A DNA stretch of 64,000 nucleotides. It comes from Candidatus Aminicenantes bacterium. GTDB taxonomy: Bacteria; Acidobacteriota; Aminicenantia; Aminicenantales; JAFGAV01. Where the stretch lies: assembly GCA_963705895.1 (NCBI GenBank), contig OY970122.1, positions 2,914,774-2,978,773 on the forward strand. The letters run 5' to 3'. The notes under the pieces were generated by a model. The model did not search any database. It saw only the letters and a program-made list of their open reading frames with translations, and was not told where the DNA came from. Position 1 is the first letter of the stretch. The number at the start of each line of letters is the position of its first letter. The position numbers and the translations under genes are program-made. Below, piece after piece: positions 1 through 9,503 of the stretch.

Positions 1-547
1 AATATTGCGAAAGGGCTTCGGGGTCGATATCGCGGGGACAACCGGCCGCGAGCAGGGCTTTGATCTCCGAGGCGAAATAGAGCTTCCGGTCCTTGATGAA
101 ATAGTGCAGGGGCTTGATCCCTAAACGGTCCCTGATCAGCATGAACCGGCGGCGCCCCTTGTCCCAGAGGGCGATGGCGAACATGCCGTTCAGCTTGCGG
201 ACGAAGTCCGGCCCGTGTTCCTCATAGAGATGGACGATGACCTCCGTATCGGACCTGGTGGTGAAGGTGTGGCCTTTGGCCTGAAGCTCTTCTCTCAGGA
301 CGGGGAAATTGTAGATCTCGCCGTTGAAAACGGTCCAGATCGTCCCGTCTTCGTTGGCGATTGGCTGATGGCCGGTGGCGAGGTCGATGATGCTCAGCCG
401 CCGCATGCCCAGCGCGACGCGATCGTCGCAATAATAGCCCTCGTCGTCCGGCCCCCGGTGAACGATGGCCGAGCACATGGCCCGGACCGTCTCCCGGATC
501 TCCGGGGTCAGGCCGTCAAACCCGACGATGCCGCAGATGCCGCACAT
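1..547 (-). CDS. asnB: Asparagine synthetase (glutamine-hydrolysing), N-terminal part; gene continues beyond window start
   Basis: Reverse-strand translation from ATG at 547 reads MCGICGIVGF...RRLSIIDL...HLYEEHG. This is the class-II glutamine amidotransferase N-terminus (Cys2 nucleophile) fused to an AsnB domain. Not in the ORF track because it runs off the window edge. Confidence 0.8.
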   Translation of the reverse strand, partial: MCGICGIVGFDGLTPEIRETVRAMCSAIVHRGPDDEGYYCDDRVALGMRRLSIIDLATGHQPIANEDGTIWTVFNGEIYNFPVLREELQAKGHTFTTRSDTEVIVHLYEEHGPDFVRKLNGMFAIALWDKGRRRFMLIRDRLGIKPLHYFIKDRKLYFASEIKALLAAGCPRDIDPEALSQY

Positions 548-696
548 GATTTATCCCGGAGCATTTTATGACTTTTTATCCCAAAAGGCCACCCGTCGTC
601 CCCGCCCGAGGGCGGATTCCTTGATTTTGCGGCCTTCTTTCAGAATAATAGCCTCGTTTTGGGTCTTCCGCTCGACCCGGGCGGCCGGAAACGCCG

Positions 697-1101
697 ATGA
701 ATGGAGTCAATATCAACGCCGATGATTTACGGTTTAGATCATCCGTCAAGGAGGGCCCCATTCTTGCCCGCGGGGACGGCGTTCCGCCCGGAACACGAAT
801 GAAAGGACCCGTCCGGCGTGCCGGCGTGGTGATTGCCGACCGATTTTATGGTATATCTAGGAACGGCCGGATGACGGCCGAGGCCTTGAAGGCCATCCCA
901 TCCCGGGAATCGGACGGCTCCGCGGAGACGAGGATTCATCCTGGCTTTATGCGGGCGGCCTTCCCCGAACCGGAGCCGATCATCGGCCGTTCCTCCGTCA
1001 ACGCCCGCCGGGAGCAGGAGCTCGAGGCTCTCCTCGACCCGATTTTGAAAGAGGCTGTCCGAGACCTGGATGTTCGGCCTATCAATTTCAGCGATCTGTG
1101 A
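697..1101 (+). CDS. Hypothetical small protein (134 aa) in the 577-bp divergent intergenic region
   Basis: Open frame only; no recognisable motif. May be non-coding promoter DNA. Confidence 0.2.
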   Translation: MNGVNINADDLRFRSSVKEGPILARGDGVPPGTRMKGPVRRAGVVIADRFYGISRNGRMTAEALKAIPSRESDGSAETRIHPGFMRAAFPEPEPIIGRSSVNARREQELEALLDPILKEAVRDLDVRPINFSDL

Positions 1102-1121
1102 GGGCCATGAGGAATGACACC

Positions 1122-2102
1122 ATGAAGAGCACGGAAATCTCGGTCATCGTCCCTTTTTACAATGAAGAGGAAAATGTCGAGGAGCTCTACGAGCGTTTGA
1201 CTCGCGTGCTGTCCAGGCTGAAGCGGACCTATGAACTCATCTTCGTTGACGACGGCAGCACCGACCGGACTCCCGACCTCCTCTTGAAGATCTATAAAAA
1301 GGACCGGCGCGTCCAGGTCATCCGGATGAAGAAGAATTTCGGCCAGACGGCCGGGCTCCAAGCCGGGTTCGACTATGCGGCCGGCGAGATCGTCATCTCC
1401 ATGGACGGCGACCTCCAGCACGACCCGGCCGAGATCCCCGTCTTCCTGGACAAGATCGACGCCGGATACGATATCGTCAGCGGCTGGCGCAAGAAGAGAG
1501 TGGACAATCCGCTCTTGCGCAAGTTTCCCTCCTGGGTGGCCAACCGGATGATGAAGTTCCTTTCCGGGGTCGATCTCCATGATTTCGGGACGACCTTCAA
1601 GGCCTACCGCCGCTCGGCCCTGAAGAACCTCCGCCTGTACGGGGAACTGCACCGCTTTATCCCCGCCCTGATCAGCCGGCAGGGCGTCAGGATCGCCGAG
1701 GTTCCCATCTCGAACATCGTCCGACTGCGGGGCAAGTCCAAGTATGGTCTGTCCCGCGTGCGGCGGGTCATGTTCGACCTTTTGACGGTCAAGTTCATGA
1801 TCAGCTTCGTCGACCGCCCCCTCCAGCTCTTCGGCATGATCGGGTTCATCCTGGGCGGGATCGGCTTCACTATCGCCCTGGTCATCACCATCGGTTTCTA
1901 TTTCTTCGGCTGGCAGATCAGGGAGAACCTGGGCAACCTGCTGTTGAGCGTCTTCCTGATGGTGGTCGGCCTCCAGCTCGTCATGACCGGCCTCCTGGCC
2001 GAGGTCCTGTCCCGCGTTTATTTCGCATCGCACAGGATCAAGATCTATAACGCCGAGGAGCTCCTCTTCCATCGGCCCGTCCCCGAGGAGAAAATTGACT
2101 GA
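1122..2102 (+). CDS. GT2 family polyprenol-phosphate glycosyltransferase (DPM1/ArnC/GtrB-like) with two C-terminal TM helices
   Basis: VIVPFYNEEENV...FVDDGSTD...ISMDGDLQHDP signature (DxD) and a hydrophobic C-terminus. ATG at 1122 with GAGG about 10 nt upstream. Confidence 0.9.
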   Translation: MKSTEISVIVPFYNEEENVEELYERLTRVLSRLKRTYELIFVDDGSTDRTPDLLLKIYKKDRRVQVIRMKKNFGQTAGLQAGFDYAAGEIVISMDGDLQHDPAEIPVFLDKIDAGYDIVSGWRKKRVDNPLLRKFPSWVANRMMKFLSGVDLHDFGTTFKAYRRSALKNLRLYGELHRFIPALISRQGVRIAEVPISNIVRLRGKSKYGLSRVRRVMFDLLTVKFMISFVDRPLQLFGMIGFILGGIGFTIALVITIGFYFFGWQIRENLGNLLLSVFLMVVGLQLVMTGLLAEVLSRVYFASHRIKIYNAEELLFHRPVPEEKID

Positions 2103-4218
2103 AGGTCGCCAGGGACCGCGGTCGCCCGCCGAGGGGTCCCTCGTCCGCCTCCTCGCCTCCGCCGACGGGATGAGCTGGATGTTTGTGGCCCTGCTCGCCG
2201 CCGCCCTTTTCGTCGTCCTCGTTCAGAACCTCGCCTCTCTCTCGATGTGGATGGACGAGTGTTTTCATTATCTCGCCGCCAAAGGGATCCTGGAGCACGG
2301 CTATCCTCTCTTTCCCTCGGGACATATCTACTGGAAAGCGATCCTGTATACCTATGCCCTATCGCTTTTCTCGGCCCTGTTCGGCCTGAACGCTTTCAGC
2401 CTGCGGATCCTCAGCGTCCTGGCCGCGGCGGGCTGTATTCCTGTGCTCTACGCCTTGGCCCGAAAGCTCTTCAACCGCTGGGTCGGGTTGGCGGCCTGCC
2501 TTCTCTTCGCCCTGTCGCCCTGGGTGGCCGAGGACGGCCGGGCGGCCCTGTACTTTGCGCCCCTTCTGCTGTTCGTCCTGGTCTCACTCCTTCTTTTCTA
2601 TAAGGGCTTTTTTGAGGGGAGCCGGCGGAGCAAAACCTGGGCCGTGGTCTTCATCCTGATCACGCCCCTTGTCCATCAGCTGGGCATGGCCGTTTGGTTC
2701 GTCTTCCCGGCATTTCTTTTTGTCCGCGGGCTGAAGCGCTTCTTGAAAAAGGACGTTCTCCTCAGCTTGGGCCTGGTCACGGCGTTCTACGGCCTCATCC
2801 AGGTCCAGGAGTTCTTTTTCTGGAAAGTGGGCTATGTCTACGTTAAGACGGATACCGGCCTGAAGGGCATGATCAAGTATTATTTCTCTGGATTTTCTCT
2901 GGCCTATTTCATGGAGCTGTTCCGGAGCTTTCCGGCCATGAGCCTTCTCGTCCTCGCCGGCGCGTTCTTTTGCCTGGGGATGCGCCTGGCCGGCCGGAGG
3001 GACGCCTCCGAGGCGGGGGGATCGGACCTCGACGGCTGGAGCTTTCTCAACCTTTGTCTGCTCTTCCCCCTTCTCTTCCTCGGGTTCTTCCGGACGCACC
3101 TTCAGCCCCGTTACCTCTATGAGCTCTATGGACTCTTCCTCCTCCTGTTCTGTGCCAGCCTGTTCTACCTGAGCCGAGGGCTGACCGACCTTTTCCTCGC
3201 CCCACTCTTCCGCGGGCTGAGGGACAAAGCGCGGAACGCCGTCGTCCTCGTCCTGTTCGCCGCCCTGCTCCTGGGCTTCACGGAAAACATCGGCTGGGGA
3301 CGTGTCTCGGCCATCGTTCAGAGGCAATACAAGGACCCCGTAGCCACCGACATCATCTACCGCTCGGGCCGTCCGGAGCAGGAAGATCACGAGAACCCGG
3401 GGTTGTACGTCCGGCATTTTCTCAAAGCGGACGATATCGTCATCGCCATCCACGTCGTGTTCGGGTACATCTATGCCGGCCGGGCGGATTACTGGCTCTG
3501 GACCGGAGGGCCGGGCACGTGGGACGCCTGGGAAAAGACGCCGACGGGCTGGCGCGATTTCTATGTCGGCGCGCGCTGGCTCAACAACCTGCCCGACCTG
3601 GAACGGGTCATCAAGGACAACCCCGGCCGGAGGGTTTGGCTCATCGCCTCGAATTCGCTCCTCCGCCGCGATCACATCAGCGACGCCATTCGGGACTTCG
3701 TTCAGGCGAACTCCGATAAGCTGGTGTTCCGCGGCAAGGACGGCCAGTCCGGTGTCTACCTCTGGAATGAAAGCCCGCCGCGGCTGACCGCGGTCCGTCC
3801 CACCCTCGAAGCCGAATGGCTGCCCGTGCGCCGGGCCGGGATCGTCTACCGGGAAGGCCTGTCGAGAGAATGCGGCCTCGCCCTGCATCGCGGGCAGCGG
3901 CAACGCGCCCTCTTTTCTTACGACCTCGGGCCGGCCTGGCCCGCCGGGCGCTACCGTATGACCTGGAGAGCGGCCGCCCCCGTGACTCACTCGACCGAGA
4001 CAGCCCTTGTTTTGAACCTGCTCACGGACAAAGGAGCGAAATTGCGCTCTCTCGCGATCGGGCCGAGCCTGTTCGCGGCCGCCGACCGGCTTCAGGATTT
4101 CACGGTCGATTTCACCCTGCCCACCGAAAGCCGTCTCGTCCTGAAAGGGCTCTATTCCGGCCGGGCGGACCTGCTCCTGGATTTCTGCGATATCACCCGT
4201 CTTGCGGAGGGACCATGA
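2095..4218 (+). CDS. GT-C superfamily glycosyltransferase (PMT_2/ArnT-like, GT39/GT83-type), 707 aa, with a large C-terminal periplasmic domain
   Basis: Multi-TM N-terminal half with the first-loop motif WMDECFHYLAAKGILEHGYPLFPSGHIYW (the DE/acidic loop typical of PMT/ArnT). About 350-aa soluble C-terminal domain. 8-bp overlap with the upstream GT2 gene. Confidence 0.85.
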   Translation: MTEGRQGPRSPAEGSLVRLLASADGMSWMFVALLAAALFVVLVQNLASLSMWMDECFHYLAAKGILEHGYPLFPSGHIYWKAILYTYALSLFSALFGLNAFSLRILSVLAAAGCIPVLYALARKLFNRWVGLAACLLFALSPWVAEDGRAALYFAPLLLFVLVSLLLFYKGFFEGSRRSKTWAVVFILITPLVHQLGMAVWFVFPAFLFVRGLKRFLKKDVLLSLGLVTAFYGLIQVQEFFFWKVGYVYVKTDTGLKGMIKYYFSGFSLAYFMELFRSFPAMSLLVLAGAFFCLGMRLAGRRDASEAGGSDLDGWSFLNLCLLFPLLFLGFFRTHLQPRYLYELYGLFLLLFCASLFYLSRGLTDLFLAPLFRGLRDKARNAVVLVLFAALLLGFTENIGWGRVSAIVQRQYKDPVATDIIYRSGRPEQEDHENPGLYVRHFLKADDIVIAIHVVFGYIYAGRADYWLWTGGPGTWDAWEKTPTGWRDFYVGARWLNNLPDLERVIKDNPGRRVWLIASNSLLRRDHISDAIRDFVQANSDKLVFRGKDGQSGVYLWNESPPRLTAVRPTLEAEWLPVRRAGIVYREGLSRECGLALHRGQRQRALFSYDLGPAWPAGRYRMTWRAAAPVTHSTETALVLNLLTDKGAKLRSLAIGPSLFAAADRLQDFTVDFTLPTESRLVLKGLYSGRADLLLDFCDITRLAEGP

Positions 4219-4991
4219 CCGAAGAGTCGTTCCGGGCCAGCACTCAAAAGAAGCTTCTGGACAAGAACGTCTCGCTCCTGTCCAAGTATTCTCTCCTTTT
4301 CCTGGGACGAAAGAGCCGCCTGGGGCTCCTGAAGTTCGAGCTCATCAACCTTTTCGTGTCCTGGGTGCCCGGCGCACTAGGGCTGGTCCTGCGCCGAATC
4401 TTTTATCCGAGTCTCCTGGGCCGCGTCGGCCGGGACGTCGTCTTCGGTCAGAACATCACCCTCAGACATCCGCACAAGATCCGGATCGGGGACCAGACCG
4501 TGATCGACGACTACGCCGTCCTGGATGCCAAGGGCGATTCGAACGAGGGCATCAGCATCGGCCGGAACGCCTACATTGGCCGAAACACCACCCTGAGCTG
4601 TAAGGAAGGGTCCATCCGCCTTGATGATTACTGCAATGTCTCGGCCAACTGCATGATCCTGTCCGAGACCGAGGTCAGCCTGGGCAAGCATTGCTTCCTG
4701 GCCGGGAACTGCTACCTCGTGGCCGGCGGGAACCATAGCTTCGACGAGCCCGACGTGCCGATCATGTTCCAGCCCTCCTTTTCCAAGGGCGGGATCAAGA
4801 TCGACGACGATTGCTGGCTGGGCGCCGGGGTGGCCGTCCTCGACGGCGTGACGATCGGCAAGGGGAGCGTCGTGGGCGCGGGTTCGGTCGTGACCAAGCC
4901 CCTGCCCGAGTATTCGATCGCCGTGGGGAGCCCCGCCCGCAGGATCCGGGACCGCCGTAACGAAAAGGATCCGAACCGGGTCCGCCCCTAG
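4215..4991 (+). CDS. Left-handed beta-helix (hexapeptide-repeat) acetyltransferase, WcaF/WbbJ-like
   Basis: Repeated [LIV]G-x-x-x-x hexapeptides (IGDQTVIDDYAVLDA, IGRNAYIGRNTTL, CWLGAGVAVLDGVTIGKGSVVGAGSVV) and an N-terminal hydrophobic segment. ATGA overlap with the GT-C stop. Confidence 0.85.
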   Translation: MTEESFRASTQKKLLDKNVSLLSKYSLLFLGRKSRLGLLKFELINLFVSWVPGALGLVLRRIFYPSLLGRVGRDVVFGQNITLRHPHKIRIGDQTVIDDYAVLDAKGDSNEGISIGRNAYIGRNTTLSCKEGSIRLDDYCNVSANCMILSETEVSLGKHCFLAGNCYLVAGGNHSFDEPDVPIMFQPSFSKGGIKIDDDCWLGAGVAVLDGVTIGKGSVVGAGSVVTKPLPEYSIAVGSPARRIRDRRNEKDPNRVRP

Positions 4992-6223
4992 TCCGTCGTC
5001 TTCCGCATTCTCTGTTCCGAAGCCTGGATAACGACCGCTCCGGCCATGCTGCCGATGATGTTGGCCGTCGTTCGGCACATGTCGAGGAGCCGGTCGATGC
5101 CGAGAATGAGGGCGATCCCCTCGAGCGGAATGCCGACCTGCTTCATGATCAGGGCCAGAGTAACGATGGCCGCGGACGGCACGCCGGCCGCGCCGATGGT
5201 GGCCAGGGTGGTCATGACCAGGATGACGGCCTGATCGCCCAGGCTCAGGGGGATGCCGAAGATTTGGGCGATGAACACCGCCGCCACTCCCTGGTAGAGG
5301 GCTGTCCCCGCCTTGATCGTCGTCCCCAGGGGAAGGACGAAGCTCGAATACTCGCGGGTCACGCCCAGGCCCTCCACGCGCTCCATGGCCACGGGCAGCG
5401 TAGCGCTCGAGCTCGAAGTGCTGAAGGCGATGAGGATCGCGTCCTTGGTCGCGCGAAAAAAGCGACGGGGATCGACCTTGGCCAGGACGATGAGGATGAG
5501 GCTCGTGAGGACGACGGCGTACAGGACAAGCCCGGCCAAGACGACGAGAGCGTACCGCAGCAAGCTGAGGAGGACCGACGCTCCGAACTGCCCGATGGCC
5601 GAGGCCACCAAAGCCAGGACGCCGAGCGGGGCGATGGACATGACGATGTGAATCACGCGGAGGATGACGTCGTTCGCTCCCTCGAGGAGGCGAAGCACGG
5701 GCCCGGCCCGCTCAGGGGGGATGAGTGCCAGGGCCACGCCGAAGATCAGGGCCAGAAAAATGACCTGGAGCATGTCGCCCTCGGCCAGGGCCTTGAAGGG
5801 ATTGGCCGGAACGATGTTGACCAGAATGTCGGTCGCCTTGGGTTTGGCTTCCAGGTTCCGCAGCCGGTCCTGGGCGCCGGCCTCGTAGTCTTTGAGAAGC
5901 TCCTGCTTGACGCCGGGGCTGACGCTCCGGCCCGGCTTGAGCAGGTTGACGAGTGCCAGACCCAGAGCGATGGCCGCGACCGTTGTCATCACGAAATAAA
6001 GGATGGTCTTGAGACCGATGCGCCCCAGCTTGCGGACATCGCCCAGGCCGGCCGTGCCCAGCATCAAGGAGATCAGCACCAGGGGGACGACGATCATCAG
6101 GATGAGTCTCAGGAAGATCGTGCCCACGGGCTCGACGAACCGGGCCTTTGGGCCGAGGACAAGGCCGAGAAGGATTCCCAGGGCCAGGGCGATTAGGATC
6201 TGCGTGTGGAGCTTGACCTTCAT
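4988..6223 (-). CDS. Dicarboxylate/amino acid:cation symporter (DAACS, GltP/DctA family)
   Basis: 411-aa polytopic protein with DAACS-typical hairpin motifs (SSSATLP, AGVPSAAIVT). Confidence 0.9.
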   Translation of the reverse strand: MKVKLHTQILIALALGILLGLVLGPKARFVEPVGTIFLRLILMIVVPLVLISLMLGTAGLGDVRKLGRIGLKTILYFVMTTVAAIALGLALVNLLKPGRSVSPGVKQELLKDYEAGAQDRLRNLEAKPKATDILVNIVPANPFKALAEGDMLQVIFLALIFGVALALIPPERAGPVLRLLEGANDVILRVIHIVMSIAPLGVLALVASAIGQFGASVLLSLLRYALVVLAGLVLYAVVLTSLILIVLAKVDPRRFFRATKDAILIAFSTSSSSATLPVAMERVEGLGVTREYSSFVLPLGTTIKAGTALYQGVAAVFIAQIFGIPLSLGDQAVILVMTTLATIGAAGVPSAAIVTLALIMKQVGIPLEGIALILGIDRLLDMCRTTANIIGSMAGAVVIQASEQRMRKTTD

Positions 6224-6232
6224 CGGCGGCTC

Positions 6233-7201
6233 CTAGAGCCAGCCCTTGTCCCTGTACCAAGCGACCGTCTGGGCCATGCCCTGGGCGAAGTCGACCCGAG
6301 GAGAATAGCCGAGCTCCCGGACGGCCTTGCGGATGTCCATGGGTTTGGAGCGGATGAAAAAGGCCAGGCGCGAAGGGGTGAGCGGAGCTTCTTTCTTGAA
6401 GAGGCGGAAGGTCTTGTCCAGGATCGAAGCGGCGGCCGCGGCCGGACCGAGGGGGAGTCGGAGGCGCGGAGGCTTCACGCCCGCGGCTTCGGCGATCAAT
6501 CGAATCATGTCTTTTATGGCCAGGATCTCCGGCCCGGCCAGGTTGTAGACCTCGGCCCTGCGTCCTTTTTCGAGACAGCGCAGGGTTCCCTTGATCAGGT
6601 CGTCGATGTAAACCGGCGACTGGAGGGCGTCGCCCTGTGAGACCATGAGGATCCTTTTGCGGGCCACGGCGCGGATGAGCTTGAGGGTGCGTCTGTCGCC
6701 CGGGCCGTAGACCCAGCCGGGCCGGATGATCCTTACGTCGAGCCCCCGGCGGCCGAAATCCAGGGCGATTCGTTCCCCCTCGAGCTTGCTCCGGTCATAG
6801 GCGTCAAGGGGATGGGGAGGATAGGATTCGTTCACGGGGCGCATCCCGGGCACGTGGCCCAGGACCCCGGCCGAGCTGAAATGAATGACGGTCCGCACCC
6901 GGGCCTCCGAGGCCGCTTTCAGGACGGATTGCGTCCCGCCGGCGTTCGTCGCCTGGAATTCTCCGTTGGAGATGAGCGACGAGCCGAGGGCCGAGGCCAG
7001 GTGGAAGACGACGTCGGTTTTTTTCAAAGATTTCTGAAGACCGGCCCGATCGGACAGGTCCCCGCTCACGGCTTCGAGCCCCGGGGCCGGGGGCAGCGGA
7101 TGCTTGTGGATGATGACCCGGACTTCCCAGCCCCGGCGCAGGAGTTCGTTCAGAAGGTGCGTCCCGATAAAGCCCGAGGCGCCGGTGATGAAAGCGCGCA
7201 T
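6233..7201 (-). CDS. NAD-dependent epimerase/dehydratase (extended SDR)
   Basis: N-terminal GASGFIG Rossmann motif; about 320 aa. Confidence 0.9.
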   Translation of the reverse strand: MRAFITGASGFIGTHLLNELLRRGWEVRVIIHKHPLPPAPGLEAVSGDLSDRAGLQKSLKKTDVVFHLASALGSSLISNGEFQATNAGGTQSVLKAASEARVRTVIHFSSAGVLGHVPGMRPVNESYPPHPLDAYDRSKLEGERIALDFGRRGLDVRIIRPGWVYGPGDRRTLKLIRAVARKRILMVSQGDALQSPVYIDDLIKGTLRCLEKGRRAEVYNLAGPEILAIKDMIRLIAEAAGVKPPRLRLPLGPAAAAASILDKTFRLFKKEAPLTPSRLAFFIRSKPMDIRKAVRELGYSPRVDFAQGMAQTVAWYRDKGWL

Positions 7202-7212
7202 GCAATCCCTCC

Positions 7213-8388
7213 CTAGCGGAACCGATCGTCTTTTCTTGGGACGGCCTTGGCCAGCGCTTCGCCGATCTTGGCCAGATAAGCGGAGTCGGTGTACTCTTTA
7301 TCAGCCTTGGCCTTGGCGGCCTTGGCCTTCTTCTGCGCCCCCCGTTCGAACAGGGCGAAAGACAATCCCTCGGCCATGCTTTCGGCCGTGGGTTCGACGA
7401 GAACGGCGATCTCCTCGTTCACGACCTGGGTGTGAGTCCAGAGGTTCGTGGCCACGAGAGGCTTGCCCGACCTCAGGAAGGAATAGATCTTGAGGGGCGT
7501 GTTCGTCCCGGACAGGCGGGGCGAGACGAGAACGTCCGCCGCGGCGATGTAGAGCGGAACGATGTCCGGGGCGACCCGGCTGACGAAAACCACCCGGCCG
7601 GCGATGCCCAGGGCCTCGCACTGCCGCCGAAGGTCTTTTTCATCGGTCTCCGTCACTCCCACGAGAGCCAGGACGGCTTTGCCCTTCACCCGGGCCAGGC
7701 CTTCGAGGAGAAGCGATATTCCCTGATAGGGCTGGAAGTTGCCTGCGTACAGAACAATCTTCTCGCCGCGCGGGGCAAGCGCCTTGCGGATGCCGTCGAC
7801 GTCCCGGGCCCCTCCTGCGGGAGGTTCGAAATCCAGGAAATTCTCAAGAAACACGGCTTTGCTTCCGAAGCCTTTGGCCTGGACGAGGCGCTCGAGGTCG
7901 CGGCAGATGACGATGACCGAACCCGAACGCCGCAGGACGAAATCCTCTATGAGGATAAAAAGGCCCCTGAGGATCGCCGATCGCGAGAAGTTGAAGTTGT
8001 CGAGTTGTTGGGGCAGGCTGGAATGCATGTCATAGAGATGGGGTATGCGCCAAAGCCTGCCCAGGACCGTGCCCAGGAAACCCGCTTCCTCATGGGAAAA
8101 GATGAGGTCATAGCGATCCCTGAGAAGCTCGCGGCCGGCCTTCAAAAAGAGGAGGATATCCAGGGGCAGTTTCATGAGCGATGGCCCGATCTTGATCGCT
8201 CTTACTCCCGGCGGCCGAGGGATCCGGGCGATGCGCAACCCGGGGAAGCTCCGGTCCTCACCGAGCGGATACGTGACGAGAGTCACGCGGTGTCCAAGCT
8301 CGGACAGGGCTTTGAGGCGAAAATAGATGCTGATGGGCGTGCCCCGGGGCTGGAAAAACGGCTCCGGAGCCAGCATCAGGATGTTCAT
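7213..8388 (-). CDS. GT4 family glycosyltransferase
   Basis: GT-B fold with N-terminal MNILMLAPEPFF...RGTP and a C-terminal E-x7-E region. 4-bp overlap with the upstream GT2. Confidence 0.85.
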   Translation of the reverse strand: MNILMLAPEPFFQPRGTPISIYFRLKALSELGHRVTLVTYPLGEDRSFPGLRIARIPRPPGVRAIKIGPSLMKLPLDILLFLKAGRELLRDRYDLIFSHEEAGFLGTVLGRLWRIPHLYDMHSSLPQQLDNFNFSRSAILRGLFILIEDFVLRRSGSVIVICRDLERLVQAKGFGSKAVFLENFLDFEPPAGGARDVDGIRKALAPRGEKIVLYAGNFQPYQGISLLLEGLARVKGKAVLALVGVTETDEKDLRRQCEALGIAGRVVFVSRVAPDIVPLYIAAADVLVSPRLSGTNTPLKIYSFLRSGKPLVATNLWTHTQVVNEEIAVLVEPTAESMAEGLSFALFERGAQKKAKAAKAKADKEYTDSAYLAKIGEALAKAVPRKDDRFR

Positions 8389-9377
8389 CGAGCAGGGGAG
8401 GGGTTCTCTTTGCCGGGCCGAGCTTCCAGGACCTCCCGGACGAAGTAGGTCGTCTTGCCCGCGGCCTCATGGTAGGCCCGGACCATGATCTCGGCCAGAA
8501 GGCCCAGGGTGATGAACTGGATGCCCAGGATGGTCAGGAGGATGCTCAGGAGAAGCAGGGGCCGGTTGGCCATGCTGATCTTCAGGATCAGGCGCTGGTA
8601 GCCCAGGATGAGGAGCAGGATGCTGCCCAGCCCGCCGCTGATCAGGCCGCACAGGCCGAAGATCTGGAGAGGCTTGGTGGAGTAGCTCAGGAGAAATTTC
8701 ACGGTGAGGATGTCCAGGACGACACGCACCGCGCGGAAGATGGTGTACTTGGACTTGCCGTGGATGCGCGGCCGATGGTTGACCGACACCTCGGCAATGG
8801 TCACGCCGATGTTGCTGGCGATGGCCGGGATGAAGCGGTGAAGCTCGCCGTAGAGCTTGATGCTTTTGACCACCTCGTGGCGGAAGGCCTTGAGCGTGCA
8901 GCCGTAGTCATGAAGGCGAACCCCGGTGATGCGCGAGATCAGCCGGTTGGCCAGGATCGAAGGCAGGCGCCGGGTCAGAAACCTGTCGAAGCGCCTCCTT
9001 CGCCAGCCGGCGACGATATCATACCCTTCGTCGAGCTTGGCCAGAAGCATGGCGAAGTCGGCCGGGTCGTTCTGGAGGTCTGCGTCCAGGGTGATAATGA
9101 CCTCGCCCCGAGAGTAATCGAACCCTGCGGACAAGGCCGCGGTCTGGCCGAAGTTCTTGCGAAGGCGGATGACCTTGACCCTCTTATCCCGCATCTGGAT
9201 CCTTTTCAGGACATCAAAGGAGCCGTCCTGGGAGCCGTCATCGATATAGAGGATCTCATAGGAGTGCTTGAGCTTGGGAAGCTCGGCGGCCAGCTCCTTA
9301 TAAAGGGGCTCCAGGTTCTCGGCCTCGTTAAAAACGGGGATGACGACGGATAATCCCAAACCGTTCTTTTTGTTCAT
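8385..9377 (-). CDS. GT2 family polyprenol-phosphate glycosyltransferase (DPM1/ArnC-like), paralog of the 1122..2102 gene
   Basis: VVIPVFNEAENL...YIDDGSQD...ITLDADLQNDP with two C-terminal TM helices. About 55% identical to the first GT2 over the catalytic domain. Confidence 0.9.
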   Translation of the reverse strand: MNKKNGLGLSVVIPVFNEAENLEPLYKELAAELPKLKHSYEILYIDDGSQDGSFDVLKRIQMRDKRVKVIRLRKNFGQTAALSAGFDYSRGEVIITLDADLQNDPADFAMLLAKLDEGYDIVAGWRRRRFDRFLTRRLPSILANRLISRITGVRLHDYGCTLKAFRHEVVKSIKLYGELHRFIPAIASNIGVTIAEVSVNHRPRIHGKSKYTIFRAVRVVLDILTVKFLLSYSTKPLQIFGLCGLISGGLGSILLLILGYQRLILKISMANRPLLLLSILLTILGIQFITLGLLAEIMVRAYHEAAGKTTYFVREVLEARPGKENPSPAR

Positions 9378-9503
9378 TTTGGCCAATATAGCACAAAGTC
9401 CGGAAGGCGAAAAGACTCAACCCGGCGAGAGCGATCGTTTACGACGAGCACAAGGCCGTTGCGGACTCGCCCCCGATTTTTTCCGAACTTCCGGATCTGA
9501 GGC

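Noticed and set aside
215-571. 118-aa plus-strand ORF
   Set aside because: Antisense to the clear asnB N-terminus (MCGICG...).
936-2072. 378-aa ORF on the minus strand
   Set aside because: Antisense to the well-supported GT2 gene. D/E/G-rich low-complexity translation typical of GC-rich antisense frames.
2584-3990. 468-aa minus-strand ORF
   Set aside because: Antisense to the GT-C membrane protein gene; low-complexity product.
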